The notes under the pieces were generated by a model. The model searched no databases and was not told the origin of the DNA. It saw only the letters and a program-made list of their open reading frames with translations. The position numbers were made by a program, and so were the translations under genes. A DNA stretch of 63,634 bases, the filler included, from Choristocarpus tenellus KU-1152 (lineage: Eukaryota; Protista; Phaeophyceae), in the NCBI GenBank assembly GCA_964200185.2. It is 10 parts of 10 records of this genome, joined end to end, with 100 filler letters (N's around TTAATTAATTAA, not from the genome) between each part and the next. Parts side by side here need not be neighbours in the genome. Positions count along the whole stretch, not along the records: positions 50,058 to 63,634 come from CAXNAD020001443.1; 9 more parts are not named here. One strand, given 5' to 3'. This document shows, in pieces, positions 51,106 through 63,634 of this stretch. Positions within the stretch are counted from its first letter, which is position 1, and the number at the start of each line of letters is the position of its first letter.

Positions 51106-53639
51106 CTGTGATATTTTCGGATCGTGGAAGAGCGCAATGGTAGACATGGAAAAGTGCATCTTCTTTTGTTGCATGTCTTGTTGTTGTGTTGCAAAGAGGG
51201 GAGCAAGATTGTGTTGCAGTACGAGCCCTTTTTTGTACTGAATAGTATAGTATATTTTGTTAGTGGCAAAAAGACCGGTACACTAACTGGTACTGAAGAT
51301 TTATCATGGTAATTAAATGCATTGGATTACACTATGATTTTGACCTTGATGAGTAGAGGTGTTTGTTTTCTGATTTGATGGGGAGGAACAGATGGCAGAG
51401 GTGTGTGTGCATGTGGTGTTGGCCGCAAGACAAGTGCATCTGAGATCTCAATGGAGACTTGAGTTTGCAGTCATTACTGCGGCATCAGCTTCGTTGGACT
51501 TCCTGTCTGTGGCTAAGTGTGGTGTTGTTTGAGGAAGATTGGGCAGAAAGTGAGTGACATGCTGGGTGGGTTGACAATGCCAGCGACGGTAAAGTTGAGC
51601 TATAAAAGAAAGGGGCAATGGAGAATCTAGAGGAGTGATGATAGATTGTATTGGTTGTCTTTTGGGATGGACGGTTATTTGAAGTATGTTGTTAATGAGA
51701 GAGGTAATACTCTACCAAGGTGGATATAATGTGATATTTTTTTGGAAGTTCAGCAGTGTTTCATTAGTACAGTATCTACAACCAACTATAATATCTTGCT
51801 ATTAAGTGTGTGCGTAAACAAAGGGAAGGAGAAAAAGCGCATCAGTGGTTTTTGCTTTGGACACCTACGCATGTGTCGCATGCACAGGTGGAAATCACAT
51901 ATATACATTTATATCTATGATCGTCCTGATTGTCAACTCTTTTTGCAACCATGTACTACCAGTTTGATTTATTACGATTTGAAGTATGACTGATGTTTAT
52001 ATATTTAGTCTTGCTCACCTTGATATGTAATTCGAAGTACTGGACTACTACTAGGTAATACCTAGTAATGATACTGTATGTCGTATTTTTGTTGAATGAA
52101 ACTTGAGAGTTGCACTCATAAACATGAGTACATGACCAAGCACTCGTCACATGGTACATGGTTGCCAATAGGCGATGGCATTATATACGCACAACATTTA
52201 TTGGTACAATCTGTATGTACTATAACGTCCTGCTGGTAGCTGCTTTTGATCGCCTCTCTGGTTGACTGTGTGTGCACTATCGTGTTAGAGCTCGACAACT
52301 ATTGCGCTGTTGTTCCATCCATTCTGTACCCTCTTGCCTTCCGCAATATTATTGTTCAACTTCTCCAGTGATGGTATGCAGATCGCCGTAAAAACTACCG
52401 AGAGGGATCCATGCGACAATTTCATACTCCAGAGTCGTTAACAAGGAAATTGACTTATTTTAGAACTTGCGATGAAGTTACTCTTTAGAGTATGCAATTT
52501 TTTCTTACCATAGCCCTAACCCAATATAAGATTACGAGTTAAATCATCAGTGCTTTTGATTGGACCGACTGGGTGGACGGGCGCTGCAGGTTGACTGGTG
52601 GTCCAGTCCGACTACAACATCTGATAGCTCTGGACTTGTCCTTTCAAAATTTGTTTCATGGGGACTGACCTGCCGCCTGGTCCGGTAGAAAACCCTGATG
52701 GTTATGCTGGATGTGTCCTCTAAAAACATATTTTTACAGGACTTTGCCCCTGACCTGGTCCGATTCAAGTCTTTGACGGGCCCCAACGAAATGGGACGAT
52801 ACGGCAATCAAAACAAACAAAAAATAAAGATCATTTATGTTGGACAAATTGTCCAAGATGTAGGGAATTGATCGTCATGATTTTTTCGTCCATTCGCATC
52901 CATGCATTCTCATCATTATTACTCTGGAGAGTATGATCAAGTACTAATAAGGATGGACCAGACCAACTCCACAAAATCTTCTATGTACTAGTAGTATGCT
53001 TTAACGAGCAGGCAGGCAAGGTAGTCCGGTTAGGATACAATTTTGACGGCATTGGACCGACAACATCAAACCATGATTTGATGGGATCTACGCCCAGCAC
53101 AGTCCAGTCGAAACCTCTGATGGTTCTGGACCAGTTCCGCTAAAACACATCACACCAGAATTGACCCACTACACCTGGTCCCCCAACGTTTTCCTGGTTC
53201 AGTGGAAAGACCTCAACAAACTCGTCATAGAATCTTTTTATTGGTTAATAATTCGAAAGGAGTATTACTCTTCACATTATTAGTGTGGGGGAGACCCAGG
53301 CCCGTGGTCGAAAGGTAGTCAGAAGAAGGCATTTCACACTGCTTTTGAGAGATACAACATACAACAAGTACTATAGGGGAAAGACAGGAAAGAGAAGACA
53401 AGTTAAGGAGAGGAGAAAGAAACCAGTGTATCTACGAGGGTAATGAGAAGAAACTGGGTGTAATTGCAATAATACCAACAGTGCTTCAGTCATGAAAGGT
53501 TAATCTAATCCGAAAAACACAACTCATAACATCCCACACAAGGAATCAAAGAGAAAAGAGGGACTCCAGAAAAATCAACCTGATTTAGAGAAATACGACG
53601 AGAAAGTAGCAAACACTCAGCTAACAGTGGTTGGTTGCT

Positions 53640-54620
53640 TGGGCTGCAGTAGTTGCTGCTTTATAGCATGGCCTACAACAGCTATCGCATTTTCCTTGGA
53701 ATGCCACCTTGCCATGAAAATCGTTGCATCGCTAACCATATGCTTGTACCACCTGTGTGTTGGTTGGTTGCCCCTGAACTCCATCTCTCAACTGTGATGC
53801 CAAACTTTCCGAGGTTGGCTTTCGGACACACCCACCAATTCTTCTCCTGTCCACCTTGCTTCTGTCTTTTATCTACAAGAAAGTTCCCTAAGCACCAACA
53901 CCTTTGGAACTCGTTCATCCCCCATGCATGCAACTGACCCTATGAATAGAAGTCTCTGTTTTTGTACACAATAGTCTTGTACTCTCATACCCAGTCTTCT
54001 CAAGGCCATCTTCTTGGTAGAACAACAGTGTTCGAACATACCCATTTGCGAAATCCGATGCAACGTACGAGAAATTTCTGGTGATGGGAGTAGTGCTTAA
54101 TATAGTGGATCTGGTGGAGTGTCCATGTCGTCATACAACAATCATATAGCAAACCTCAAGCGCTTCGGCCTTGAGCATTGAAGTTGAGCTCAAGTAATTG
54201 ACACAACTAAAGTTTTGTCATAGAGCAATGAATGTATGTGCAGAAACAATTCCACACTGTTTGAAACCTTTGGCTGATCTTTTTGATGATAGCGGCCTAT
54301 CACTGATGGTGCCTCTGAGGTAGACAAACCCGTCACTCTGCTTGTATATCTGACTCAACTCCCCGATCTCCGTAAGCTCTGCAGCCTTACCAGGAGGTTG
54401 AAGTCGTTGCTAATGTACTCACAAATAATACCGACCCAAACTGTAAAACCAAATGCACTCTGATAGCATCGGCCGTAACTAAGCAACCTTGCTCACTAAA
54501 AAGGAAGATGGACAGTTTTTGGTCGGAATTGGACTGTCTAACTAACCCTGCAAGACCTGAGATTCTGCGAGGTGTGACAACGTGATCCTGTCGTTCCTTA
54601 GAGCCTATGTTCTGTCCCCC
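53640..54620 (-). mobile_element. RTE-clade LINE, 3' part of the RT ORF (degraded)
   Basis: Minus-strand fragments KAEALEV, ..QRLLFIGSVACMGDERVPKVLVLREL and GGQEKNW match the C-terminus of RTE/BovB-type ORFs. Confidence 0.7.
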
Positions 54621-56383
54621 CCCAGAATACCTTCAGACAAGAACTCCGTGATTATTGATACTACTACTACTACTACGACTACTACTTACTACATTATTAA
54701 TACTTAGAAGTAGTACTATTAGAGTATACTCCAGAGTAGTAGTAGTATTCTGTGATTAACAGTATTATTTTCTACTTTCTCCAGAAAATGAATTAGTGAG
54801 GCGTAAGAACCTGTGACATTGGTTCCAGATTCAATGACTCCTAAATGGTCGGTATAGTCAGCTGGGATATTTTAACCCATACTCGCACCCAGAGTCTCTA
54901 GTTTGGTCCTATCCTATGCGTCTTCCACGGGTTACGAACGGAATACGGTGGGGTGCAACAATAGGATCAACCGTAGGGCAGAGGTTAGTGCAGTGGCCAG
55001 GGGCAGGGTAAACATCTCCATAAATCTTTCTTTACTCCCCTCCACTCCTGTATGAAGCTTGAAGCCCAGGCCTAGAGTGTCAGACTGATACTACCAACAA
55101 CAGCAACAGCAACAGCAACAGTAGGATTAACAGCACCACTACTGTTGTTCACGAATTTGACATGATCATATTGTTAGCAAGTACGACAGATTGTGACGCT
55201 CGCAAAAAATCTAGGAAGCAGTATGTATTATAGGCATTATTTGCAACGGTGGTGATGATGTGGAACACTCAATAAGAAAAAAGCTACCTAAATTACAGAG
55301 GGACGAAGACGTATTGATGCCGCAGCGGTTGTTAGTGTGTTGTAAACACGTTGTGTTCGCCTGTTGTATGAGATTGTATCAACTGCCTTATGGAAGAGTC
55401 TCTCCGTTTTGACCAGTAGTTGAGTTGTGCTTGACGAATTGTTGGCAATGACATGTCCAGCAGGGATTACTCGTGACGAAGAAACACATGGTGACCCCCC
55501 TCCCCCCTAACTCTGATTCATCTCTACATCGTTGTGGGTGGAATTACTGTTATTAACTTATTTTTACCAGTCTGCCTGTTGTCTCTCCTTATGTTACTAT
55601 GCCTTCCGGCGTTTTCCAGATGTGTCAGGGGAAAACTCCAGCTAGCTGTATCACAACGACTGCTCAAAAAATAACAATATCGTTAATCCAAAAGATAGCT
55701 CTCGGAAAAAGAAATTCCATAAAAGAGGTTGGTAACTAACTGTAACACAATGTAATGTGTGCACTACTTTATGCTTCTAACCTAGCTTGGTACTACAAAG
55801 GTGCGAGAAGGTAGGGAAGCACCCTAAGAACCAGGTAGGTCTCTTCTTGCTCATCTGCCTGGTGTCTCGAGCTTGGAACGTAAGGAGCGTATCTAGAGAG
55901 GCACTTGAGTGGGGAAAAACACCTTAAATGGGACACACCACCTTGCCTTAATGTATTATATATTATTATGCCCTCTGACATTTTGCAGATGTGTCAGGAG
56001 GAAAACAAATGAAATCTATACATATATATGTCAGTATAAGCCCTAAAGAAATAAAACACTGGAAGTAGTGTGAAAAACACTATAAAACACTGGAAGTGTG
56101 AAAACCACTAATCAGTTACTTCCGCTATCAATATTGTACTACTGCCTTCCTGTGCTTCCCATCTACCTACTCCTGCGCCCCCGGGGGGGGAGCGAGGGAG
56201 GCATCCCAAGAATCCAACAAACCCCTTCGTGCCCATCTCCCTGGCAACTCTAGTTTAAAGTGCATGACCTGTCTAGACAATGCCACTTGCGTAGTCACCG
56301 GGGCAATTTGGCGTAGCCGGGATTTAACTACTTCTTTCCCGTAATATTCTCCCGCTCCTCTCCCCCCTACCATGTGAGTAGCC

Positions 56384-56845
56384 GAGTAAAAGTATATTAG
56401 AGGGTACGAGTTTTTCGCTGTTTGTCCATTTGGAACTTGACTTCCCATGTTTTTTTTATGATATTTACCTACTCCAAAATGTTTAGAAGTAGGTAAAATG
56501 TATAGGTTATGAAAAGGTGTGTCCGGAACATGGATATTGACATCTCCTAACTAACACGATAGTCACAATTACATCAAAATCGGAACATTGGATTTTAACC
56601 CCCAAATTGACGCGACTCTACCCTCTAACATACTTTGGCTCTGTTGCGATTTTGATGTAATTTTGGCTATCGTGTTTGTTAGGAAGTGTCAATCCTTGTT
56701 CTGGGCACACCTTTTCATAACGTACACATTTTACCTACTCTAAAAATTTCGGAGAAGTAAAATGTCGTAAAAAACCCGTGGGAAGCCAAGACCCAAACGG
56801 AAAAAAAACAGGGCAAAACTCGTACCCTCTAAGATACTTCCACTA
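56384..56845. mobile_element. Inverted fusion of two MITE-A copies (full minus copy 56384-56641 plus 5'-truncated plus copy 56642-56845)
   Basis: The second copy starts at its internal TGTTGCGATTTTGATG directly at the GGCTC end of the first. Confidence 0.85.
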
Positions 56846-58339
56846 TTCAATGTGTCCAATAAATGTTTTTCTGTATCGCTGTATGGAGGTGATAAGGTGG
56901 GGTGGGAAGGGGAGGGGAGGGAGGGGAATGGACCCTTCAGAAGTACATGTGATGGAGTATATTTCAATTTAGGACTGGAGCCATTTTTGTCTTGTAATTC
57001 CTCTACTAGTGCCGACTATTTTCAGTTGTGACCCCAGGGTATGAAGGTATGAGGACAGAAGCAGCCAAGTGGCCCCTTGGAAAGTTGCTTCAGCTCTATG
57101 TGATGTTTGTGTTGAGTGTCTCTATTTCATTCTTTGCCAGTACTTTATTGTACTGTTTGTTACGATAGGGTGAACAGCAGATCACACTGAAATTATATGG
57201 TGCATAGGGGTGGGAGGGGGAGAACCAGTTCCTGCTGTTCATCAAGTTGAAAGAAAGATATTAACCTCAGAAAATGGTGTATCCCTGTAGGGACTATTCA
57301 ATTCAGTGTCGTTGCAGCTTGTTACAGGCGATATGTCTTTATGGTGGCTTCATAAACGCCATTATGACGTTGACGTTCTATTTATTTATTATGTAGTCAC
57401 TAACTGGCCCCCATTCACGTGATGCAGCGTTGCCAGTTCCTTTTATACCCTGTTGATGTTTTTATGAAGTGAATAATCGAAGTGAGAGATCCAGTATACT
57501 TGAAGACATGTGCATCATGGAGCCTTGTGTACGAGCTTCATGGTCCACGATTGGAGTTGTATATCCCATCATCATGGTAAGCCTGTGGAGAGTATTGTAA
57601 TAGCTTTGTTGCACAACAATACATCTTACGAGTTTTTCTTTGCGTCCTTCCTTGAACTAACTATTTTCATACAGATACACATGAGAGCATATGACAGGCC
57701 ACAGCTTGTGGGACAGCTACTGGTACATTGCCTCATTTCGCAGCCATCTGGACTTGAGTCTGAATCTTCTGGTCATCAAACCACTTTCCTTGACAAAATG
57801 TTTCCCAGATAAACTCTTGTTACATCCTTTTACTTTAATTGAGTACAATCTTCCACATTACCCTAAATACACAGTAAAAACAACAATGAGCACTATATAT
57901 GTCACACCACATATACTTTGATTGATGTACTTAGTAGGAAACTTATTAATACGGCTACTCTGTGTGCACCGCATATAATGAACCTCAAGGGATGTAAAAC
58001 CAAATAATCAGAATCATAATAAACAGGATCAAGAAGTTAGATATGTCTTGTGTGTGCTGAGTTATATGAACAATGTTGTGGTCAGCCAAACGACCTACCT
58101 GCCTGAGGACGATTTGTGCGTATGTGTAGTCGAAGGTATTAATTGCTCACTACGGAAGTACCATTTTGTATCTTCTCAATCTACTTTTTGTTCCTAATTT
58201 GTATCGAACGTTGTGGATACAGTGGAGCACGAAGTAGAGTAGTTCATTTCAGCATTTTATGTTCTTCATTCAGTCTATGTGTGCAGAACCTTCGACCGTT
58301 GTTCTCCTGCGCAATGTATGCTGTCCTAACTGTTATTAC

Positions 58340-58344
58340 AAAAA
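58340..58344 (-). terminator. Pol III T-run terminator of tRNA-Glu
   Basis: TTTTT on the minus strand, 4 nt after the discriminator base. Confidence 0.7.
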
Positions 58345-58348
58345 GCAA

Positions 58349-58420
58349 CTCCCTCGCCGGGAGTCGAACCAGGGTCTCCTGAGTGAAAATCAGATATCCT
58401 AACCGTTGGACTACGAGGGA
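58349..58420 (-). tRNA. trnE-UUC: tRNA-Glu (anticodon TTC)
   Basis: TCCCTCG TAGTCCAACGGTTAGGATA TCTGA TTTTCAC TCAGG AGAC CCTGG TTCGACT CCCGG CGAGGGA G; 7-bp acceptor stem, A and B boxes; one T-stem mismatch. Confidence 0.92.
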
Positions 58421-59625
58421 CAATTTATTCCACCGAAAGTGACAAGTTTATATATCACTACATACTATAGTCTCTTATATAATTCGCGGAAGCTCAAAAC
58501 CACATCTCCTTATCTCATACGCCCAATGAATGGACACCACCGACGACTTGTATTGCTACACTGCAAATCTGATTCCATTTACACAACAGGAGTATGGTCA
58601 AAAGTTACCTACATGCGTTTTGCCAAATATATTGCATTCCATTTGTATTGCTGTATGGGAAAAAGTGAAACTTGTCATGTTTTCATAGTTTGACTGCAGA
58701 CACTATCAAGCTCGATGCAACATTTATATATATTTATATATACTTTGTGGTACATTCCTAGACTATGACAAGAACAGCAGAGGTATATCTACAATATTTC
58801 AGTTTATTGTCGTATTGTTGCCTTTCACCATAATGAGATTATACTGCGATTACACCCTCCATCTAGACTACAACTGTATAAAACCATTATGAAGGCAGTC
58901 TAGAAACAAGACAACAACACTACTGATAGAAGTCTGAACCGACCTGGTCCATTAACTGGGTAGATATCTATAATATTTTACGTGTCACTACGACAGAGCA
59001 GCAGTAACATCATCAGTAGATTGAGCCAAACCAATTGACAGGTAGGCAGGTTTGGACCATTTTTTTCATTTAAGTCATCTTTCTTACCCTGTGCAGTGCA
59101 CCTTGATCCATTGATTTATGTGGACAATTGGTGTATGCAAAATTGATAGTTGTCCATTTCCCACACAATGTGACACCACAAATCAGCAAAGGGTCTTTCT
59201 ATATCTGTTACAGGCGAATAGCACAAGCGTTTCTTCTTGTATTTCAACGAAGTGCGAGCATTTGTTACACCTGAATAGCACGAGAATTTTCTCCTCATGT
59301 TTTAGGAAATACGAACATTTGTGACAGACGTATAGTGTGGGGATTGTTTCTCAAGTTCTGACAAGTACAAACTATATACGATATTAGTAACACATAGGTA
59401 GCCTTACAGGATAAATGATGATTTCGTAGAAGATGCAGAGTAAATTCGGAATACCTACGTAACATTACAGAGGAAAATGTCAAAGTCACCAACAAGTTGA
59501 AGAATAAAGGTTTATGATTGGAATACCTATAGAGCAGTTGATAGAAGACCAAAGAAATTAGGTGGATGATGAAAATAATATGAGGGCTTTTAGTGGAAAC
59601 ACTTTTACCCCCCTTAAGCACCGGT

Positions 59626-59872
59626 GAGTGGAAGTATCTTAAAGGGTAAGAGTTTTGCCCTGTTTGTCCATTTGGGATTTGGCTTACCATGGATATTTTA
59701 TGACATTTTCCTACTCCAAGATGTTTTGGAGTAGGTAAAATGTATACGTTATGAAATGGTGTGTCCGGAACAAGGATACTGGCACTTCCTAACAAACACG
59801 ATAGCCAAAATCGGAACATTGGATTTTGGTCCCCAAATGGACGCGGTCCTACCCTCTAACATACTTTGGCTC
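59626..59872 (-). mobile_element. MITE family A, full copy
   Basis: GAGTGGAAGTATCTTAAAGGG ... CCCTCTAACATACTTTGGCTC; GGT/AGT flanks. Confidence 0.9.
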
Positions 59873-60144
59873 AGTCTTACATTTTGAACGAAACATTGAG
59901 TCAAGCCTTGAGCTAAGCACTGAGTGGAGTACCAAGAGAAGACTATCTGACACCCTGTAAACTGTTGTAAAAGGCAACGCCCCATAGCGTCTTTTTAAGG
60001 TCGTTGGATTTGAGTTGTACATCCTGTGGAGGTGAGTTTTGAGGGGCGCCTGTAACATATCATTGTGTAAACGTTACGCGAGTTTGCCCTTTGTCCGGAT
60101 CCCCTTCAAATGCAATCTTGCCTACCTCTCGGTTGGTTTGATTC

Positions 60145-60401
60145 GAGTTAAAAAATACTAGAGGGTACGAGGTTTGCCCTGTTTGTCCCTTTGGACCTTA
60201 GCTTCCAAAATTTTTATAGGAAATATTCCTTCTCCGAAATGCTTCAGATTAGGTAAAAATGTATACGTTATGAAAAGGTGTGTCCGGAACAAGGATATTG
60301 ACACTTGCTAAAAATATGATGGCTAAAATTACATCAAAATGGCACAATTGGATTTTGGACCCCAAACGGACACGATTTTACCCTCTAAGGTACTTTGACT
60401 C
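60145..60401 (-). mobile_element. MITE family A, full diverged copy
   Basis: GAGTTAAAAAATACTAGAGGG ... CCCTCTAAGGTACTTTGACTC; TTC/TTC flanks. Confidence 0.85.
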
Positions 60402-62862
60402 TTCACTCTTCATAAGCATAGTATCACGGGGCATTTTGTGTGGGTGTGTTGTACATTGGTGTGGTTACGTCTGGAAAGGCATTGCTCAACCTGCACTCTT
60501 GTGGCCTGCAGCATGTGCTCTCGTCACTGTGTACACATTCATGCCCTATTCTTCTGTTGTAAGTAGCACACACACTCTGCTGCTGTGTTTGTTTTCTCTT
60601 GTATGTTGCATCTTTTCTAACCTCATGACAAAACATATCAGCAAAATGTTTGTGAGAGTAAAAAACCATAATATGCACCTTTCCAGTGGGTGCAGGATCC
60701 ACTGAGAACTGGAAGGATCTATCCAGATAAAAGCACCTATCATTTAGCAAAGAAGCACTGCCACAAGATTTATCACCACAAAATGGTTCGTATGTCTGTG
60801 GAGCTCCATTGGGTAGAACTCTATACTGTATATCTCGATGGTATATAGGATCCCTATGCCATTTCAAATTAAATTGATGTTATCTTCACCTTAGACTGAG
60901 ACAAGCCAGACCCGTAGTCAGAGCTACTACACTGTACTTCTTCTTGTACTACCTAACTAACTATTGCACTAAGACTCAGTATCATCCTGGTTTTGTTTGT
61001 ATCTTGCCTCTCGGCCAATGGGTTTACATCCCATTGCTCTTCTCTCCACCTCCTCCGTCAAATCTCATGCCGTACTTGGTTCAGAGTCGATCTACCATGC
61101 ATATGGGAGCCACCCCTCCCTTTTCCCGCGTATTTTTTATGACCCTTCAATCAATCAATTTATTTTTTTTGGGTGCAAAGTGAAGCATGTCAGACAGAAG
61201 TCTTGGCAATTACACAGGCGCATTTACTATGTGATTCCCCTACGTATTCCAAGCCATACAAAGTCTAGTCGATTTTCAACTATGTTGCAGATCTTCGGTC
61301 TGTTCATTAAAGTTACACTTCGAACAGTGTTCGATGGTGTCATCTACCAAGTAGTGCAAACTGTCATAGATATACAATTTTCTAGTCCAAAAACAACGAG
61401 GTTTATATTTTCCGCAACTACCTGAATGTTGACATGCACTCTTGTTACAGGGTGGAAGTCTCGGTAGAACCTCCATGTTACAGTGTGCCCCCGAACTCAC
61501 CTCTATAGGTTGTGCAACTCAAATCCAATGACCTTAAAATGACGCTATGCGGGGGTTCACAGATGATGACCACATGCGGTGTCAGTTGATGCTTAGCTCC
61601 GTCAATGTCTTGCTTTTCGTTTTATCAAAAGAGGTAAGGATCAAAGAACTGAGTGTGTAGTCATCAGCACTCAGCCTTTTATTAACCTCATTCACCATTT
61701 TTCTACAGCCAAAGAGTTAAATGAAGTCTGCAAACTGCTATGTAGATACTTCAATCATAAACCTTTATTCAGCAACTTTCAGGAATTGACATCTATTCTG
61801 TAAGATTATGTACGCAATTCAAATCTTACCCTTCATCTGCTATCAACTCAAAGCTCCTCGTACATGAATTCTTACGTATGTATACTGTTCGCACATTTTG
61901 GCACGCAGAAAGAAATGCTCACGATATTCGCCTGCAACACTCTGTTAATAAGTATTTCGTTTGAGGGTCTGCGTTGCCCATAATGTTATTCATATTTCAA
62001 AGTATCGACCTTCCTTTGAACAACCTTTTGCCATGACACTGTGTAGTGATACATGGCACTACCACCACACACTGCTATATTGTAGAATCAACACCATTCG
62101 AAAACATTTTTGTAAGTCGATGTAACAATCTGTGTCGGACACTGATATTCCTAGTCCCCTAAAACATTGCCATTTCATCGAGAGTGACAGCATGCCTTCA
62201 GAGTAGTTTTCTGCAAAGGCAAAAATGTGTACACTCGCTAAAAAAGGAGCTGCCTTGAGTAATGAAGGGATGGAGTCGTACGGTAGATGTAGTTGTCAAC
62301 ATGTTTTAGCGAGTTGTGTTCACCTATCAGATTGTCTCAACCATTCCGTGTGGAAGGCGTCTCTGCTTTGACGGATTGCTGTCGATGACACAATTCTAAC
62401 GGGGTCTACTCTTCACGAGGAATCTGATGGTGACCATCCCGCACTCTGATTCGTCCTTTTGTGAGTATATCATTTGACCAGGTAAACACATTGTCAAGGT
62501 ATATATTTTTCCCAGTGTGTACACATCGTCACTATTGTTCTGAGTAGTATTAAATGTACTCATTGCTGTAGTGGTATGTGTCGCACTACGACATCAATGA
62601 TAATGACTATATATCGTAAATTCTTTGCTTCTTTGTTGGTTCTCGCACGTTAATATTGTCATCCCACCAATTGTTGCTCCTTCGCTCTGTCTCCTTCGTG
62701 GAAACGTGTGGTGGACCCATGTCTACGTCACACCGCAATCAAACTTTGGTACCTCCTTAGTTTGGGGTGAGTTTTTGTGGATTTAGGAAAAGTGATGTAG
62801 ACAGGAGGTAGGACTGTCATTCATAATCATATTCTTAATAATTGAAAATGGATTATGGATTA

Positions 62863-63634
62863 AGTGGGTTACCCGATTTGTTCACCCATGAGCATGCCCG
62901 AAAAAGCGGAACAAAATTGATGTGGTACAAAACCGGGCATTCGACTATGCGCCAAATGGTAGAATATCGGGAGAAATTTTAAAGCAGGATTGCACACGTC
63001 TGACGACTACGACTAGTAATCGTGGTATTCGTAATCGTTGAGCTAATCTTGTAGAGTTTCAAGAATTAGTCATAGGATCGACTAATAATCGTGGCATTCC
63101 TGGGAAAGCAATCATCGAATCGACTAACAATCGTGGCATTCCTGGGAAATCAGTCGTAGAATCGACTAACAATCATGGCATTCCTGGGAATCAATCGTAG
63201 AATCGATTAAATAATCGTGGTGAGCTGGGAAATGAATCGTGGAATCGACTAATTATTCGTGGTGAGCTGGGAAATGAATCGTGGAATCGACTAATTATTC
63301 GTGGTGAGCTGGGAAATGAATCGTGGAATCGACTAATTAATCGTGGCGAGCTGGGAAATGAGTCGTCGAAGCGATTAACAATCGTCAGTTTATTTTTCAA
63401 CACCCACACGATCGTGATTAAATCGTTTTTACGATTAAATAATAGTCGGACGTGTGCAGGGTTGTGAAAAGACGAAAGACCGAATCGATGCAAAGACGCA
63501 CTACAACATGATTGTAACTGTATGCCACATACTCCACGGGTCAGTGGATACGTCTTGTGGTCCTTGCAAGCTTCATGGATGGGATGGAAACGATTACGAG
63601 CGCTTTTTTTTAATGATGTGTATGTGTTAATACG
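62863..63634 (+). repeat. Repeat family C, second copy, with an expanded 42-bp minisatellite (~63075-63385)
   Basis: Homologous to 8848-9410; unit GAATCGACTAATTATTCGTGGTGAGCTGGGAAATGAATCGTG. Confidence 0.85.

Noticed and set aside
63191-63493. ORF with FHDSFPSSPRIISR repeats, or a possible CRISPR-like array
   Set aside because: A pure 42-bp tandem repeat without unique spacers; the ORF is a by-product of a unit length divisible by 3

Overview
Eukaryotic nuclear DNA, rich in repeats and introns. Long introns, TTAGGG repeats and the transposon spectrum suggest a stramenopile, probably a brown alga or relative (inference). The window is not contiguous: ten contigs are joined by artificial 100-bp linkers (N44-TTAATTAATTAA-N44), so adjacency across gaps carries no meaning. 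Host genes reconstructed exon by exon: a mitochondrial-type ABCB half-transporter (9 exons, ATPase domain missing at the contig end), a divergent unknown gene, the 3' exons of an IMPACT/YigZ gene, three helicase-C exons of a SMARCAD1/Fun30-like SNF2 gene, two exons of an unknown gene, and one tRNA-Glu(TTC). The rest is decayed mobile DNA: PIF/Harbinger, Sola2, long-spacer IS630-Tc1 (Sailor-like), copia, gypsy, an RTE LINE, solo LTRs and a small SSU rRNA fragment (probable NUMT). Most notable: (i) two abundant MITE families sharing a terminal CAAAGTATCT..GTCCATTTGGG architecture with mostly 3-bp, non-TWA target duplications, whose length is supported by reading-frame restoration at three insertions; (ii) a (TTAGGG)n array inserted exactly at a TTA inside one LTR copy while sister copies show the empty site, plus many short telomeric tracts including one in an exon; (iii) a high rate of GC donors (3 of 16) and AAG acceptors (3 of 15).
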